DNA of 64,000 nucleotides, taken from Phallusia mammillata (Eukaryota). The notes under the pieces are model-generated. The model searched no databases. It was not told the DNA's origin and worked only from the letters and a program-made list of their open reading frames with translations. This document shows positions 26,555 to 42,670 of this stretch, piece by piece. Where the stretch lies: assembly GCA_965637545.1 (NCBI GenBank), contig OZ281499.1, positions 20,832,001-20,896,000 on the forward strand. Direction: 5' to 3'. The position numbers and the translations under genes were made by a program. Every line of letters starts with the position of its first letter. Position 1 is the first letter of the stretch.

Positions 26555-29140
26555 AATAAAGAGATATAACAGCGTAAAACAATAAATAAAAACAGATCAT
26601 TGTGACAATGCGCCACTGTATTACATTTAACAATAAGATGGAAGTGGTGAGCCCCAAAATCGGGCTCCCAAAAACTGACTTTCTTTACAGCCATTTGGTG
26701 AAGAATTGTGTGATATTCTTTCATACTTTTCGTTACAATTCATTCCACACGGTAAATTTAGGAAAATCTTCTGTGTGGAATTTGGTGACTTTCTTCCAGT
26801 TTAATATTCGTATACTTTTTTGTGTTACTGTATGTATCGTTTTTGGTAATTGTTTTTGCAGTTTATTACTAAAACCGCATGTAAAACTCAATTACTAACA
26901 ATGTATCCAGAAACTTCTTCTTAAGGTCGAATTGTAATAAGCGATTTACTTATAACAACAATCGTGTGATGGCTCGGGGAGGTGCGCAGGAGTCCAAAAC
27001 GTAGTATTTGAAAGCGTGAAAACTAGTGTTGTACCAAAGCTTCGGAGTTTTGAATATACTTGTCCAAATTAGCAGAAATCAGCATACTTTTTTCAAATGT
27101 CTCAATGCATTTTAAAGCAGGCATTATCTGCTCACGTTAAACTTTTTGCAAGATGTCTGCATATTGCGTTTGTAGTTTTCTTCTATGGAAACAACTTTGC
27201 TGGGCAAGTTATTCTCAGAGAGATAATAAAGTAATCGCCCGCAAAGCGTGCTTATCATGGCGGAAACGAGTTTTTTTGTAAGCATTGTAAAGTTGTATGT
27301 CCATGTATGTAACGCACAATTTTTTAAAACCGTCCGACTTCGTAAGCAACGTATCTTACACTTTATTAACTAACTAAATTGATTACAAAAATTAGGGCAA
27401 AGTGTGCTTATTCGTTTATCACCCGTAAAGCAATATAATATGGCTTTACTAAATTTTTAACTTTGTATTTAAGGGTGAAACAATATTTGAGTAATTTTTA
27501 AAAAGACAAGTCAACACGCCTCTGAGCGCCACGCGATGTGACCGGCCAGCCGCGCACACTTCTAATTGGTACCTTCACGGTTTGTTGACATACACAAACT
27601 GGAAGTGAGAAAAGAAGAAAGTGTAACGTAAAAATATAGATTGTACGGTCTGCGTTTGCGAGGCTTTGTGTTCCCGAGGTAACTGTTTGCTTATTAAAGT
27701 GAAATTTCAACCAAAATGTTCAGGCGGAATATCAGGCCAGGGCCGAATCCAGGCCATTTTAAAAAGTGTACGAAACTTAAGAAGTAGAAAATCAAAATCA
27801 AAACAAAGCAACTTACGAACGAAGCATCGTGGTAACCAAGCGTATTCGGAAACGCTTGTTAAAATCTTAACCTTCAATGTTTATAACAATGCCAAGTTGT
27901 TATTTACAACAAACCTTACCTAAAAAACAGTAATAGTTCAGCAAAACATTGTAACAGCTGACTCCACATTGTTTTATCCAAAAACCGCCTTTAAATATTC
28001 AGCATTTGTGCAATAGAATACGTAACACTTACGGTCAAGTAACAGTTAACACATGCGTTACCTGTTGATCAAGCCACGTTTGGATACATTTCCACGAATG
28101 TAAGACCTTCAGCCATAACCCAAATCGTGTTCTTAATCATCCACACATCTACCTTACAACATTTAAAGGCAGCAAGGAAAAGAACCGAAGTCAAATCAAA
28201 TGAACAAAATTTCAAAATAAAAAAGGTCTTTTGTTTGATGGACAAAATGCCTAAAAATACCAAAGATAAAAAAATACCGATAAAAAATCTTAAATATGAC
28301 ATTTACTAGAGTAAATAGCAGATGAGACAAGTTCCAAGCAGTAATGCGAGAAGTGCTTTACAATCTATTTCCAATAAACTTGCCGAACGCTTGACTAACC
28401 ACGCGTAGCGAGACAAAGCGACAATGCAAAACCACAGAATAGGAGATTCAATCACTTGCCTTGTGCAGTTTTGTGTAGCGGTATTCGCAGCGTCAATAGG
28501 CATTGAAAATGAATAGCAAGTTAAATGGGAAAGACAAGAGTTACCCCACGTTTATACGACCAGCTACCGAAAAGATTGCCACGCAATGTACAGTAAAAGG
28601 TTGGTAATATGTAAGTAAGGATGGTTTAAGTGTTGTCAGCAGAACTAGCGCAAATGCTGTGTCTGTGGCAAATGCCGCGTAATGTATAAACAAAAGTGTA
28701 TGTTTACAGAACGCAACAGGGCAATAATAATCTCTGATTTGCAAACAGATACTTTGCCTGCCAGTTTACTAGTATCTGTAATCAGAAAGCTGACAGATTT
28801 TTTGTGTAGAATGCCGCTTTAGTACATCATATTAAACAGACCCAAGCAATGTTACAGTTAGTTTGATATGGGGCAAATTGGAATTTGAACTCGTGAATCA
28901 CTTGGCGTGTCATAAACAATCCCTAACTTAACACGCAATATGTACTGTGTACGTTTTATTATTTGGGCGCCATATTACGTCACCGCTTGTCACACGACTT
29001 ATTATTATTTTTCCCCGAAACGCTTGAACCGTAAAAAGTCGTGCAAGTGAGCAAGATTAATTTGCCGTCCAACAAGACAAAACAGTTTTTGTTTGGTATG
29101 CATACAACCAAAATGACTCACGTTATCAAACACCAGAAAA

Positions 29141-29892
29141 ATGATACAATTTCGTATTGGAGGTAAAGTAGGCCTTTTCAAGAATAAAACTGACCATCCA
29201 GTGTTATCAATGAAAAAATAATAATATCATAAATTATTGTTTAAAGGATAATTATAAATTTAAATACCTCACTGGCTTGAAGGCGAAGTGCTGAGAAACG
29301 GTCCAGGAGAGTTTGAAGTTGGGTCTGACAAATTTAATCATCTTTTTGACGGCCATGCGTTCGTGCACAAGTGAGTCTATTAAACAAAATGAATTAACAG
29401 AATACGAATATAAAATCATGTATTGGGGGGATGCAAACAAATTTGTGGCATGTTCAACGTTCAATTTGACAAAAGGTCATGTCAAATATCGTACATGTAT
29501 TTTGACCTCAAGACAGTCTTTTCAGGCATTGTTGATTTGATACAAAATCCTTTGTTAAGCGAGTGACAAACAATTGCGAATGCCCAGGACAATTACTCCA
29601 ATATATCAACTATCATATAAAGTGGTCTGTGTGTTGGTCATGTTGTGCATTAAACAAATCAAAAAAATTAAAGCTTCCTAAAGTTGAGATCTTTTTCTTT
29701 CGTATGTTAATGCATATTCTGAGTGAATTGTCCAATTTTGTGCAGATTTACTATCAGTGGCGGTCGTGTGACGTACACAGGGAGTTTTATCGAGTCAAAC
29801 CAATACAAGACAAACAAAGAACACAACCGTATTTTGTGTGGAGGATTTGGCACCGCTTCGTATACAGATCCATGCAAAAATATTTTCTCGAG
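29141..29892 (+). pseudogene. Carotenoid oxygenase copy C (exons 1-3 only), pseudogene
   Basis: Exons 29141-29162, 29247-29370 and 29746-29892 are near-identical to BCO-B. A net +12-nt insertion at the start of exon 2 adds in-frame TAA codons (first at 29249). Homology ends near 30035. Confidence 0.88.
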
Positions 29893-30243
29893 GTAGATAG
29901 GCTATATATTCCCGCCGGTTTGTGCAGGTGGCAAAAGACAAGCTTAATTGTATGGTTTATCTCGTTAATTAACTAGTTAAATGTAGCCAACCGTGTAAAT
30001 TATAGCTACGCTGAAAGTTTGTTTCAAGCCAAAGTATAACTGTTAACAGATAGGCCATAATGTTTACAATGGCTGGTGACATAAAAGGGCAGTCTTGCAA
30101 CATCATTTAACGCCATTGTTAATACTTCCAATAAACGTTGAAACACTGTTCAGTCATACACGAATATGTTTGTCAGTTTAATAGTGAAAAGAACGGCCCA
30201 AATAGACGTTAAAAGCGACATACTTCATTATTCAAACGTTCCG

Positions 30244-30283
30244 CTCACTGATGATGGCATGAGCATTTGCCGAAACGTTTGAT
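30244..30283 (+). ncRNA. Minimal type I hammerhead ribozyme candidate
   Basis: ctca-CTGATGA-t-GGCA-tgagcatt-TGCC-GAAAC-GTT-tga: 3-bp helix I, 4-bp helix II, palindromic AACGTT, then ATTAAA. Confidence 0.55.
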
Positions 30284-31465
30284 TAAAAAGAATGTAATTT
30301 GACGATATCATTTTGCTTTAATAATACACTCACGATAAAATCGCATTATGGCTTTCAGTTGAGCAATTCCTTTCTAAAATGTTTTTGTATACGAAGAGGC
30401 GGTTGTCTTTTTCTTAAAAGCTTCACATATGTAAAATCCCCAGCTGAAGAATATTTATAAACAAGGCGTAGTCATCAAAACAGTATGTTCAAAAACCAAC
30501 GTCCTCTGACAACGTTTATCAAAAACTAAATTGTACTTTTTGTCGGCGTAGTTTCATTTGGGGGATTATCGGGTTGTGAATGACTGATTATGACAATATC
30601 GCAAAATAAGGCACGCCGAAGTGAAATAAAACAAAAAATAGTAACAGAAAACACAACAAAACCGGCCAATAGGGCAAAATACAAAGTCTGTTTAGTTTTG
30701 TCTGGACCAAGTTTCTCAGTGAGAGTCAACCATGCACTTAGAAGAGAGATTCCAATAGCATTGCTAACCAGGCAAGCATAGACCAGATTGGAAAGTTTTG
30801 TTTTTGGGCGGAGGATTTTTTTTTCGTCATAATCAATGCCCGGATTTATCCGCGGAATGGCGATTTTTTCTGCGAGGACTAATTGACTTTTGATTGACAG
30901 GTGGATTTAACGATTGATGCAACTTGTATATAACGCCTGCAAGACAATCCGACAAAAAGTATTTCCAAATAAACACAACGAATCTTTACCAGTTTTGCTT
31001 CATTTCGCACGCAACTGATCTGCTAAACGCTACACTTTTCATTTTCTTAACGATTCAATAAATTTGTGCTTACATTTCTTTCTTCTTGGTTGATTTATGA
31101 ATGCCAAATTGCTTTAAATTGTCAGTAACTACTTGTCAGGCAAAAAACGTTGTTTTATGTAACTTGTTTTATGTAAGCCAAGCCGACGATCGATAAGTGT
31201 AAGAGTGAATTCACGCTTGACTAAGTATAAATTGAAAGACTTAATCTTTGTTAATATAAAATTGTATTTTAATTCGTGACGCACGTTTTGGACTTTTGTA
31301 ACAGAATTTGTAGTCTTAATAGGCTTACTAGAAACGTTACATCCACCATGTTGGTTGCATCATTAACGTTCCACCCACTGTGAGAATTATCGTTGAGGGG
31401 TTCCAGCATGTAAATCCGTCCGGATTGGTTTCAAACTACAGGTAAGCAAGCAATCAATCGACGTG

Positions 31466-31825
31466 AAACATGCCATAAAATACAAAAACCTCGGGACGGC
31501 GAACATGCAGATAGTCTGGCCCGGAGGTCTAATGGGTTCACGTGATCAAGGTTTTGTCAAATACGCCTTAAAATACAAAAAAAAACTCGGGACGGCGAAC
31601 ATGCAGATAGTCTGGCCCGGAGGTCTAATGGGTTCACGTGATCGAAGTTTTGTCCAATACGCCATAAAATACAAAAACCTCGGGACGGCGAACATGCAGA
31701 TAGTCTTTCCCGGAGGTCTAATGGGTTCACTTGATAAAGGTTTTGTCAAACACGCCATAAAATACAAAAACCTCCGGATGGAGTACATGAAGATAGTCTG
31801 GCCCAAAGGTCTAATAGGTTCACGC
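31466..31825 (+). repeat. Tandem array, about 4 x 93 bp, upstream of CES3
   Basis: Units start at 31466, 31559, 31655 and 31748 (93/96/93/partial). Each contains the same GGAGGTCTAATGGGTTCA core as the 19-bp array. Confidence 0.93.
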
Positions 31826-32306
31826 GCTGTTTTAATTAATGTTATGTTCCTCTTTTTACATCAGACATAGACGATGTGGGGACTCCAGTTACCTTTTTTA
31901 GTGGTTTATAACATAGTTTCGGTATGTACACCTCTATACAAAACATACGATGTAAGCAAGTTTTACCACGAAATGAATGGAAGTTTTTGTGCCTAACATG
32001 CTTGCGGGCAAGTCAAGTTGAATATATATTAGGTTTTTAAAATGAGAGCTTGTCAAACTAAAAGCCGGTGGTAAGATTTCAGGGAGAAAACAGACACTTA
32101 AAACTGTTTCTGATTGCAGCAGTTAGTATTAATATAAGATTAGTGTTTCCAACAAAAATAAACGCTTTCACACCTTCATTGTGTTGCGTAGAATAACTCA
32201 CAGGGAGAGTAATTGACACAAGATTAAAAGTGGTATTATTTGTGGTAAATTACTTATTGTCGTTTGCAGCTTTTATGTTTGTAGCGCTGTGAATCTTAAA
32301 AGAATG

Positions 32307-35952
<3,646 letters not shown>

Positions 35953-37577
35953 TAATAATCTTCATGACACAATGTGTGATAATTTGACGATTTAATTTTG
36001 CTATAATAATATATTCCTTAATAAAACCTTAATTACATTTTTGTCGGTGTAGTTTCATTTGAGGGATTACCGGGTTGTGGATGACTGCTTATGAATATCG
36101 CAAAGTAAGGCACGCCGAAGTGAAATAAAAGAAAAAAACATAAAACACAACAAAAGCAACAAAATCGCAATATAGGGGAAAATATGAAGTCTGTTTAGTT
36201 TCGCCTAGACCAGGTTTCTCAACAACATTCAACCATGCACTTAGATGAGAGATTCCAAAAGCTTTGCTACCCAGACAAGTATAAATTCCCAAATCATCTA
36301 AAATCACTTTCTTTAAACCATAGCTTTGCCAATCAGATCCAACGTGACTCGCGGATTGTGAAGTTGTTAGTTTCACATGTGGCGTATTAGTCCCTAATTC
36401 AGTGAAACATCATAACAGCTGACATAACATCGTTTCATTTGAAACCGCCTTCAAAAATTCAAAATGTTTACCATAGACTAAACAATAGTTACGGTCAAGT
36501 AATAGTTACAAATCGCGTTACCAGTTGATCAAGTCATTTTTAGATAGATTTTTACGATAAGACTTTTACTTATAATCTACATTACAACCTTTAAACGCAA
36601 CAAGGAAAAGAAGTCAAATAAAAAGAATAAAACTTTGAAAGCTAAAAAACCTTTGTGTTGTGGACAAAGTGCCTAAAGACACCCAAGTCGAAATGTACAC
36701 AGGTAAGAAAATCTTAAATATGACATTTACCAGAGTAAATAGCAGATGAGACAAGTTCCAAGCAGGAAGTGTTTTACAATCTATTCACAACAAACGTGCC
36801 GAACGCTTGACTAACCAAGCGTAGCGAGACAAAACGACAAAGCAAAACCACAGAATAGGAGAATCAATTACGTGCCTTGTCCTGTTCTGTTTAGCGGTAT
36901 TCGCAGCGTCAATAGGCATTGAAAATGAACAGCAAGTTAAGTGGGAAAGACAAGAGTTACCCCACGTTTATACGACCAGCTACCGAAAAGATTGCCGCGC
37001 AATGTACAGCAAAAGGTTGGTAATATGTAAGTAAGGATGGTTTAAGTGTTGTCAGCAGAACTAGCGCAAATGCTCTATCTGTGGTGAATGCCGAATAGTG
37101 TACAAACAAAACTGTACGTTTGCAAAACGCAATCGAGCAATAATCACCTCTGACTTGCAAATACATACTTTGCATGTCATTTTATTTATATCTGTAACCA
37201 GAAAGCTGGCAGATTCTTTTGTGTAGAATGTCGCTTTAGTACATCATATTAAACAGACCCAAGCAACGTTACAGTTAGTTTAATATGAGGCAGATTGGAA
37301 TTTGAACTCGTAAATCACTTGGCGTGTAATAAACAATCCCTAACTTAACATGCAATATGTGCTGTATACGTTTTATTATTAGGACGCCATATGACGTCAC
37401 TGCTTGTTATACAACTTCTTATTTTTCCCCGAAACGCTTGAAGCGTAAAAAGTCGTGCAAGTGAGCAACATTAAATTACCGTCCAACAAGACAAAACAGT
37501 TGTCCGGTAAACGGAAACCACGACTTTGTTTGGTATGCATACAACCAAAATGACTCACGTTATCAAACACCATAAAA

Positions 37578-40500
37578 ATGATACAATATCGTATTGGAGG
37601 TAAAGTAGGCCTTTTCAAGAATAAAATATACCATCCAGTGTTATAATTGAAAAAAAATTTATAAATTATTGTTTAAAGGACAAATACCTCACTGGCTTGA
37701 AGGCGAAGTGCTGAGAAACGGTCCAGGAGAGTTTGAAGTTGGGTCTGACAAATTTAATCATCTTTTTGACGGCCATGCGTTCGTGCACAAGTGAGTCTAT
37801 TAAACAAAATGAATTAACAGAATACGAATATAAACGTAAAGACCCATGTATTGCGGGTACGCAAATAAATTTGTGGCATGTTCAACTTTCAACGTGACTG
37901 GTTAGTACGGAAGGTCAAGTCAAATTTCGTCCAAAGTGATCTGTGTGTTGGTCACGTTGTGTATTAAAAAAAATCAGTTTCTAATTAGAAATTCAAAGCT
38001 TGCTAAAGTTGCATATTTTGAGTGAATGGTTCAATTTTTGTTCAGATTTACTATCAGTGGCGGTCGTGTGACGTACACAGGCAGGTTTATCGAGTCAAAC
38101 CAATACAAGACAAACAAAGAACACAACCGTATTTTGTGTGGAGGATTTGGCACCGCTTCGTATACAGATCCATGCAAAAATATTTTCTCAAGGTAAATAG
38201 ACTATATATTCCCGCTGGTTTGTGCGGTTGGCCATTGACAAGCTTAATTGAAAGCTTTACTTATGGTATGAGTTATGACTCAACTAGTGAATTTAACCAA
38301 TTGTGTGAATTATAACTATACAGAGAAAGTGTGTTTCAAGCCAAATTAGAATTACAACGTTACACCATTCAATGTATTTTTTATTATTTTCACTGAACTT
38401 TGGTTTGTTTTTAGATTTTTCACGGTACTGACAACGAGACCATACACAGACAACTGCAATGTGAACGTTGCAAGTATGGCAAACGCACATTATACCATCA
38501 CTGATGGAGGAGACGTGGTCAGGTTCGACGCAGAGAAATTGGAAACGAAAAACTCCATTGCTTTAACGGATATTTTAAACGTACATTTTAGCACCGCTCA
38601 TCCGCATTACGGTAAGTTTTGCTGTTTTTTGGAAGCGAACAGATAGCTTACGGTCTAATAAAAAACACCAAACGTCACATGAGTATGAAAAGACGGCAAC
38701 TCTTAAACCCAGCGCTTCCGATATGCAGTACTTATCAATCAACCAGTTACTAGTTGATAAAAAAAATGCTCACGTTTAATGCATTAAACGGTCGAAGATG
38801 TTTTTACAACTCCGTCAGGTAGGTTTACCAATGTAACATTACGATCGAATCCCGAATCAAACCTTAAAAACGAAAACTAACGCCGATCACACAATTCGAA
38901 TTACAATCTAGTATACTTGTCTCAATAAATGTTTCCAGACACCAATGGTGATTACTACAATCTGGGTCTAACCTTCGGCCGCAACGCTTTTTACAACGTG
39001 GTGAGGGTACCAGCAAGTAGTTTCAACAAACAAGATCCAATGCAGGACCTGGAGATTCACGCGAAAATTGAGGTGGATACCCCACTACAACCGACCTATT
39101 TCCACAGGTGACAATAAACACTGTTAATAAGCATTGTTTACTTAAGGAGGTAGTTTATTAAACAACTAGTAACGTTAGTGATGGCGACATCACAGGAACG
39201 AGTGTTCTAAAACAACGATGTAATGGATATCTTGTCCCTCAATTTCAGTAATAACGCTCAAAAATGACGATGGGGTTATATCTATTTGTCGAAATCCATG
39301 TCATCACAAATATCAATTAGGACTCGAAACTGTTAATTATAGTTTTAAACCTATTTTACACTAGTTCCTAAACAATTCAATTGCACAGTTTCGCTTTGAC
39401 ACCCAACTACATAATAATACACGACCAACCGACGCGATTTGATGTGCTTTCGACACAATGGAACCGGGCTCTATGGCAACCGACAACTGGTTCAATAATA
39501 AACGATACAAAACGCCAATCAGTGGTAAGTTCCAAAGAAAAATTATAGATAACTGCGCGGTTATCTAACATATTATACTGTTTTTAAACATGCCGTAACG
39601 GCACATGCTCCAATAAATTGCTAACAGCATGTCCCTCATTTTGTTAATAATGTTAAAACGTGTCGACATTTATATTCTAATCCATGGCATCACAAAAATC
39701 ACCAAGAATTCGAAACTGTTTTTAAAGGTTTAAACTGATAAGTACCGAATCTCGATTAATGTGAAAAATAAATGGGTAAAGCTAAATCTATCCCATTGTT
39801 ACGATCGACCTTATAACGATCGGTCGCAAACACGCTTTAAGCATGCAATTGGTATGTTATAACTTGTTATAGTCCTTTTCTGTTTCAGTTTCTAGTTATC
39901 GACAAGGAAACTGGAGAACAGGTACCGATTAAATTTAAATCAGAAGGTCGATTTTGCTATCATTTCATCAACGGATTCGAAATGGCAAATGAAGGACAAC
40001 GATATCTTGCGGTCGACATGTGTTGCCACAAGGAAGTTGTTTTGTTGGAAGGACCACTGTAAGCAGGTTTTAAGTTGACAAAAACGATTTTTGAAGCGTC
40101 TGCAATATGACGAATTTATTGCATACAACCTCTGGCAGTTTTGTTTCTAATTTAGTTTTAGATATATGATTTAGTTATTTTTTCGTCTATGTGGGGTTGT
40201 ACAACGGACCAGTATTTGAGTTTGAACCAGTTTAAACTGCGTGTTGTCTGAACTCGTCTCATTATGTAAGCATAAAATATTGGTATTAAAGTGTTGCTTA
40301 TATTAGAGTCTGATTAAGTTACGAACAATTTTTTTCCGATTCTGCTTAAATTTTCACAACTAACAGATTGGTCTTTGACACTTTGTAGCGTTTTAGACAA
40401 TGCCCGAATGGGAATAACGACCAACAAATCAAATCCAACGTTCTTACGCTTCGTCATGCCACTAGATGTATCCGATTCCACGGGGAAAGGTAATGTTAAA

Positions 40501-42670
40501 AACTGGTCCAGAGTTGAACGTCGGGCCGGGTTTTTCCGGTTCGGAATGAATCTGAATCATCTGTCATATTTTGTGCTGTTAACTTTCTTCGTTGTTGTGT
40601 TTAGCCATACACTTCCTAGATCCTCGTTACGGCCTGTGTGTCAAAAATTGTTAGCATTTAACTTTAAGGCCAAATTTAGGTTAAAAAAAATAGGTTCAGG
40701 CTTGGGGTTCAATCCTACAACCCAAACCCCGCTTGCGACTTAAAAAAAGTAAAGTAAAGGTGTTTTAAACACTTACAGTCTTTTTTGGTTTATTGCCACC
40801 AAACAGTTGGTAAAAAAAACAGTTGAACCATAAGGTAATAAAAATGGCTTGATTGATGCAGCGTTGTTTTGTTTCCATTATTTTAGGCTTTAAACATTAC
40901 AGGTCAAAATCTAGTGAACATTGATGGATGTCAAGCAACTGCTGTAATGCAAAATGATGGCTCAGTATTTCTCACACCTGAAAGTTTGTTGAAGAAAGAA
41001 TTTAGTGGCACTCTGGAGCTGCCCCGTATCAACTACAAGTACAATGGAAGGAAATACAGGTAGGAAGAGCCCAACAGCACAAGAATTTTTTTTAAATTTC
41101 GCTTCATATTCTCATAGGCAAGTAGGAACTGAATGATGAACAAATATATCTGTTGCAGTAATTTGTTTAATTGCATAGAATTCATGAAACCATAGCCTAT
41201 ACCAGCGGTTCCCAAATCCTCACAGTTTAAAACATTTTCATTCCTCCGCAATCGGCTGCATAGTACGCGGTAAAAACAAAGATCAGTCAAAAATGGATCT
41301 TTTATTAACTTCACAGGTCATATTTCCAGAGATAAACTGTCTATTTACAAACCACATGTATATATTAAAGTAAATTCCTCTCTGGTTGGGGGTGGGACCA
41401 CTGGCCTATGCCTTGTTAAGAAAGTGGTACACTGAATAACATAATTCAGGTAATCGAATAAAAAGCCTGATAACTGGTTAGAAAATAAACAGGACTCATC
41501 TGTACAGAGTATATAGATTGACCAAATAGAACATCTTTTCCAACAACAACCTTTTTGGTCAAGAAATGGTGCCATGTTTTGTTGTGTAGGTATTTCTATG
41601 CAATGTCAGTGTTCACACCACATTGTGAAGATCACCTGATGAAATGTGACAACATAACTAAAACAGGAATCACTTGGTTTGAAGAGGTAAAAGTTTCAGT
41701 TTACCAAGTATAACAAATTATTGCAACACATATATTAGCGTGACAGTCAAAAAATAATTTAGTGTGCTAAGTGGGATAATTTATGGCTTACAAAACCAGA
41801 TTCTATTTTACCAACAAACGAAATCCCTTAGTAGTTTTAAGTGTGAAAAACTTATTTAAAAAAGGTACTATAGTAAAGCTTATCCTGCAAAATTCATTCA
41901 TTCTAGACAACTATTTCAAATAGATTAAAAGTTGTAAATGCAAGCTATGGGTGAAATTATTTTTGCTTGTGTATGAAGGGCTGCACTCCATCAGAGCCAG
42001 TATTTGTGGAGAGGCCAGGAGCAACTGAAGAAGATGATGGAATTATACTTTCAACAGTTATAAACAAGGATCCAAACAAATCAGTGTTTTTGTTAATTCT
42101 CGATGCAAAGACATTTAAGGAACTTGCAAGAGCAGAGGTACTTGCATTCTACCCAAACCACTTTGAATTTCCCACCATAGCTTAACTACTATATAAGTCT
42201 CAACATTTTAAGTCAACCACTAGAAACATGGATGTAATAGAAAGTACCTTAAGAAGGTTTCTGAAGCCAAATTTTGGGTAAAGTTTTAAATAAACAGCTT
42301 GTCACAAAACAACAATTTATGTCAACTTTTTACAATATGTACATAAGAGCTACAAAGGATTATCTAGATCCAAAATAGCCTTATACTATGCTCAACTAAA
42401 CCAAAAAATACCACAAATAGAATGGACATTTTTAAATTTTATCCACTATGTGCATGAAACAAAACATTGATGCGACTTGGCAAACATTTTTGTGTGCTGC
42501 AGGTTTGGTATTCTCAGACAAAATATTAAAAGACTAATGAGGAATATAAAGGCCTTAGCAGACAAAAAGCAACAAAAATAAACAACAATTAGAACAAAAT
42601 TATTTTTTGTCAGGTGGAGACCAACTTACCTATTTCATTTCATGGTATTTTTGAAGAGAAGAAACAATGA
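37578..42670 (+). CDS. Carotenoid cleavage oxygenase (BCO/RPE65 family) copy B; intact, 12 exons, about 507 aa
   Basis: Exons 37578-37599 (start uncertain), 37679-37790, 38046-38192, 38415-38611, 38939-39107, 39389-39524, 39889-40058, 40389-40489, 40903-41059, 41590-41686, 41979-42137, 42614-42670, phases consistent. Motifs [22 protein letters not shown], four Fe-ligand His (TAHPH, YFHS, YHFIN, FHG), ELPRINY, PSEPVFV. Confidence 0.92.
41203..41403. mobile_element. hAT MITE in BCO-B intron 9; a remnant survives at 16957 in BCO-A
   Basis: TIR CAGCGGTTCCCA / TGGGACCACTG. TSD GCCTATAC / GCCTATGC. BCO-A keeps only the first ~20 nt at the same site, so the insertion predates the BCO duplication. 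Confidence 0.75.

Noticed and set aside
13987-29892. BCO-C (exons 1-3) and BCO-A (exons 6-12) as a split gene reconstituted by trans-splicing
   Set aside because: Exons 4-5, which carry two His ligands, are missing from both. BCO-C exon 2 has stops and BCO-A exon 12 is frameshifted.
37578-42670. Assigning the symbol RPE65, BCO1 or BCO2
   Set aside because: Family membership is clear, but orthology needs a phylogeny. Several RPE65 and BCO diagnostic residues differ.
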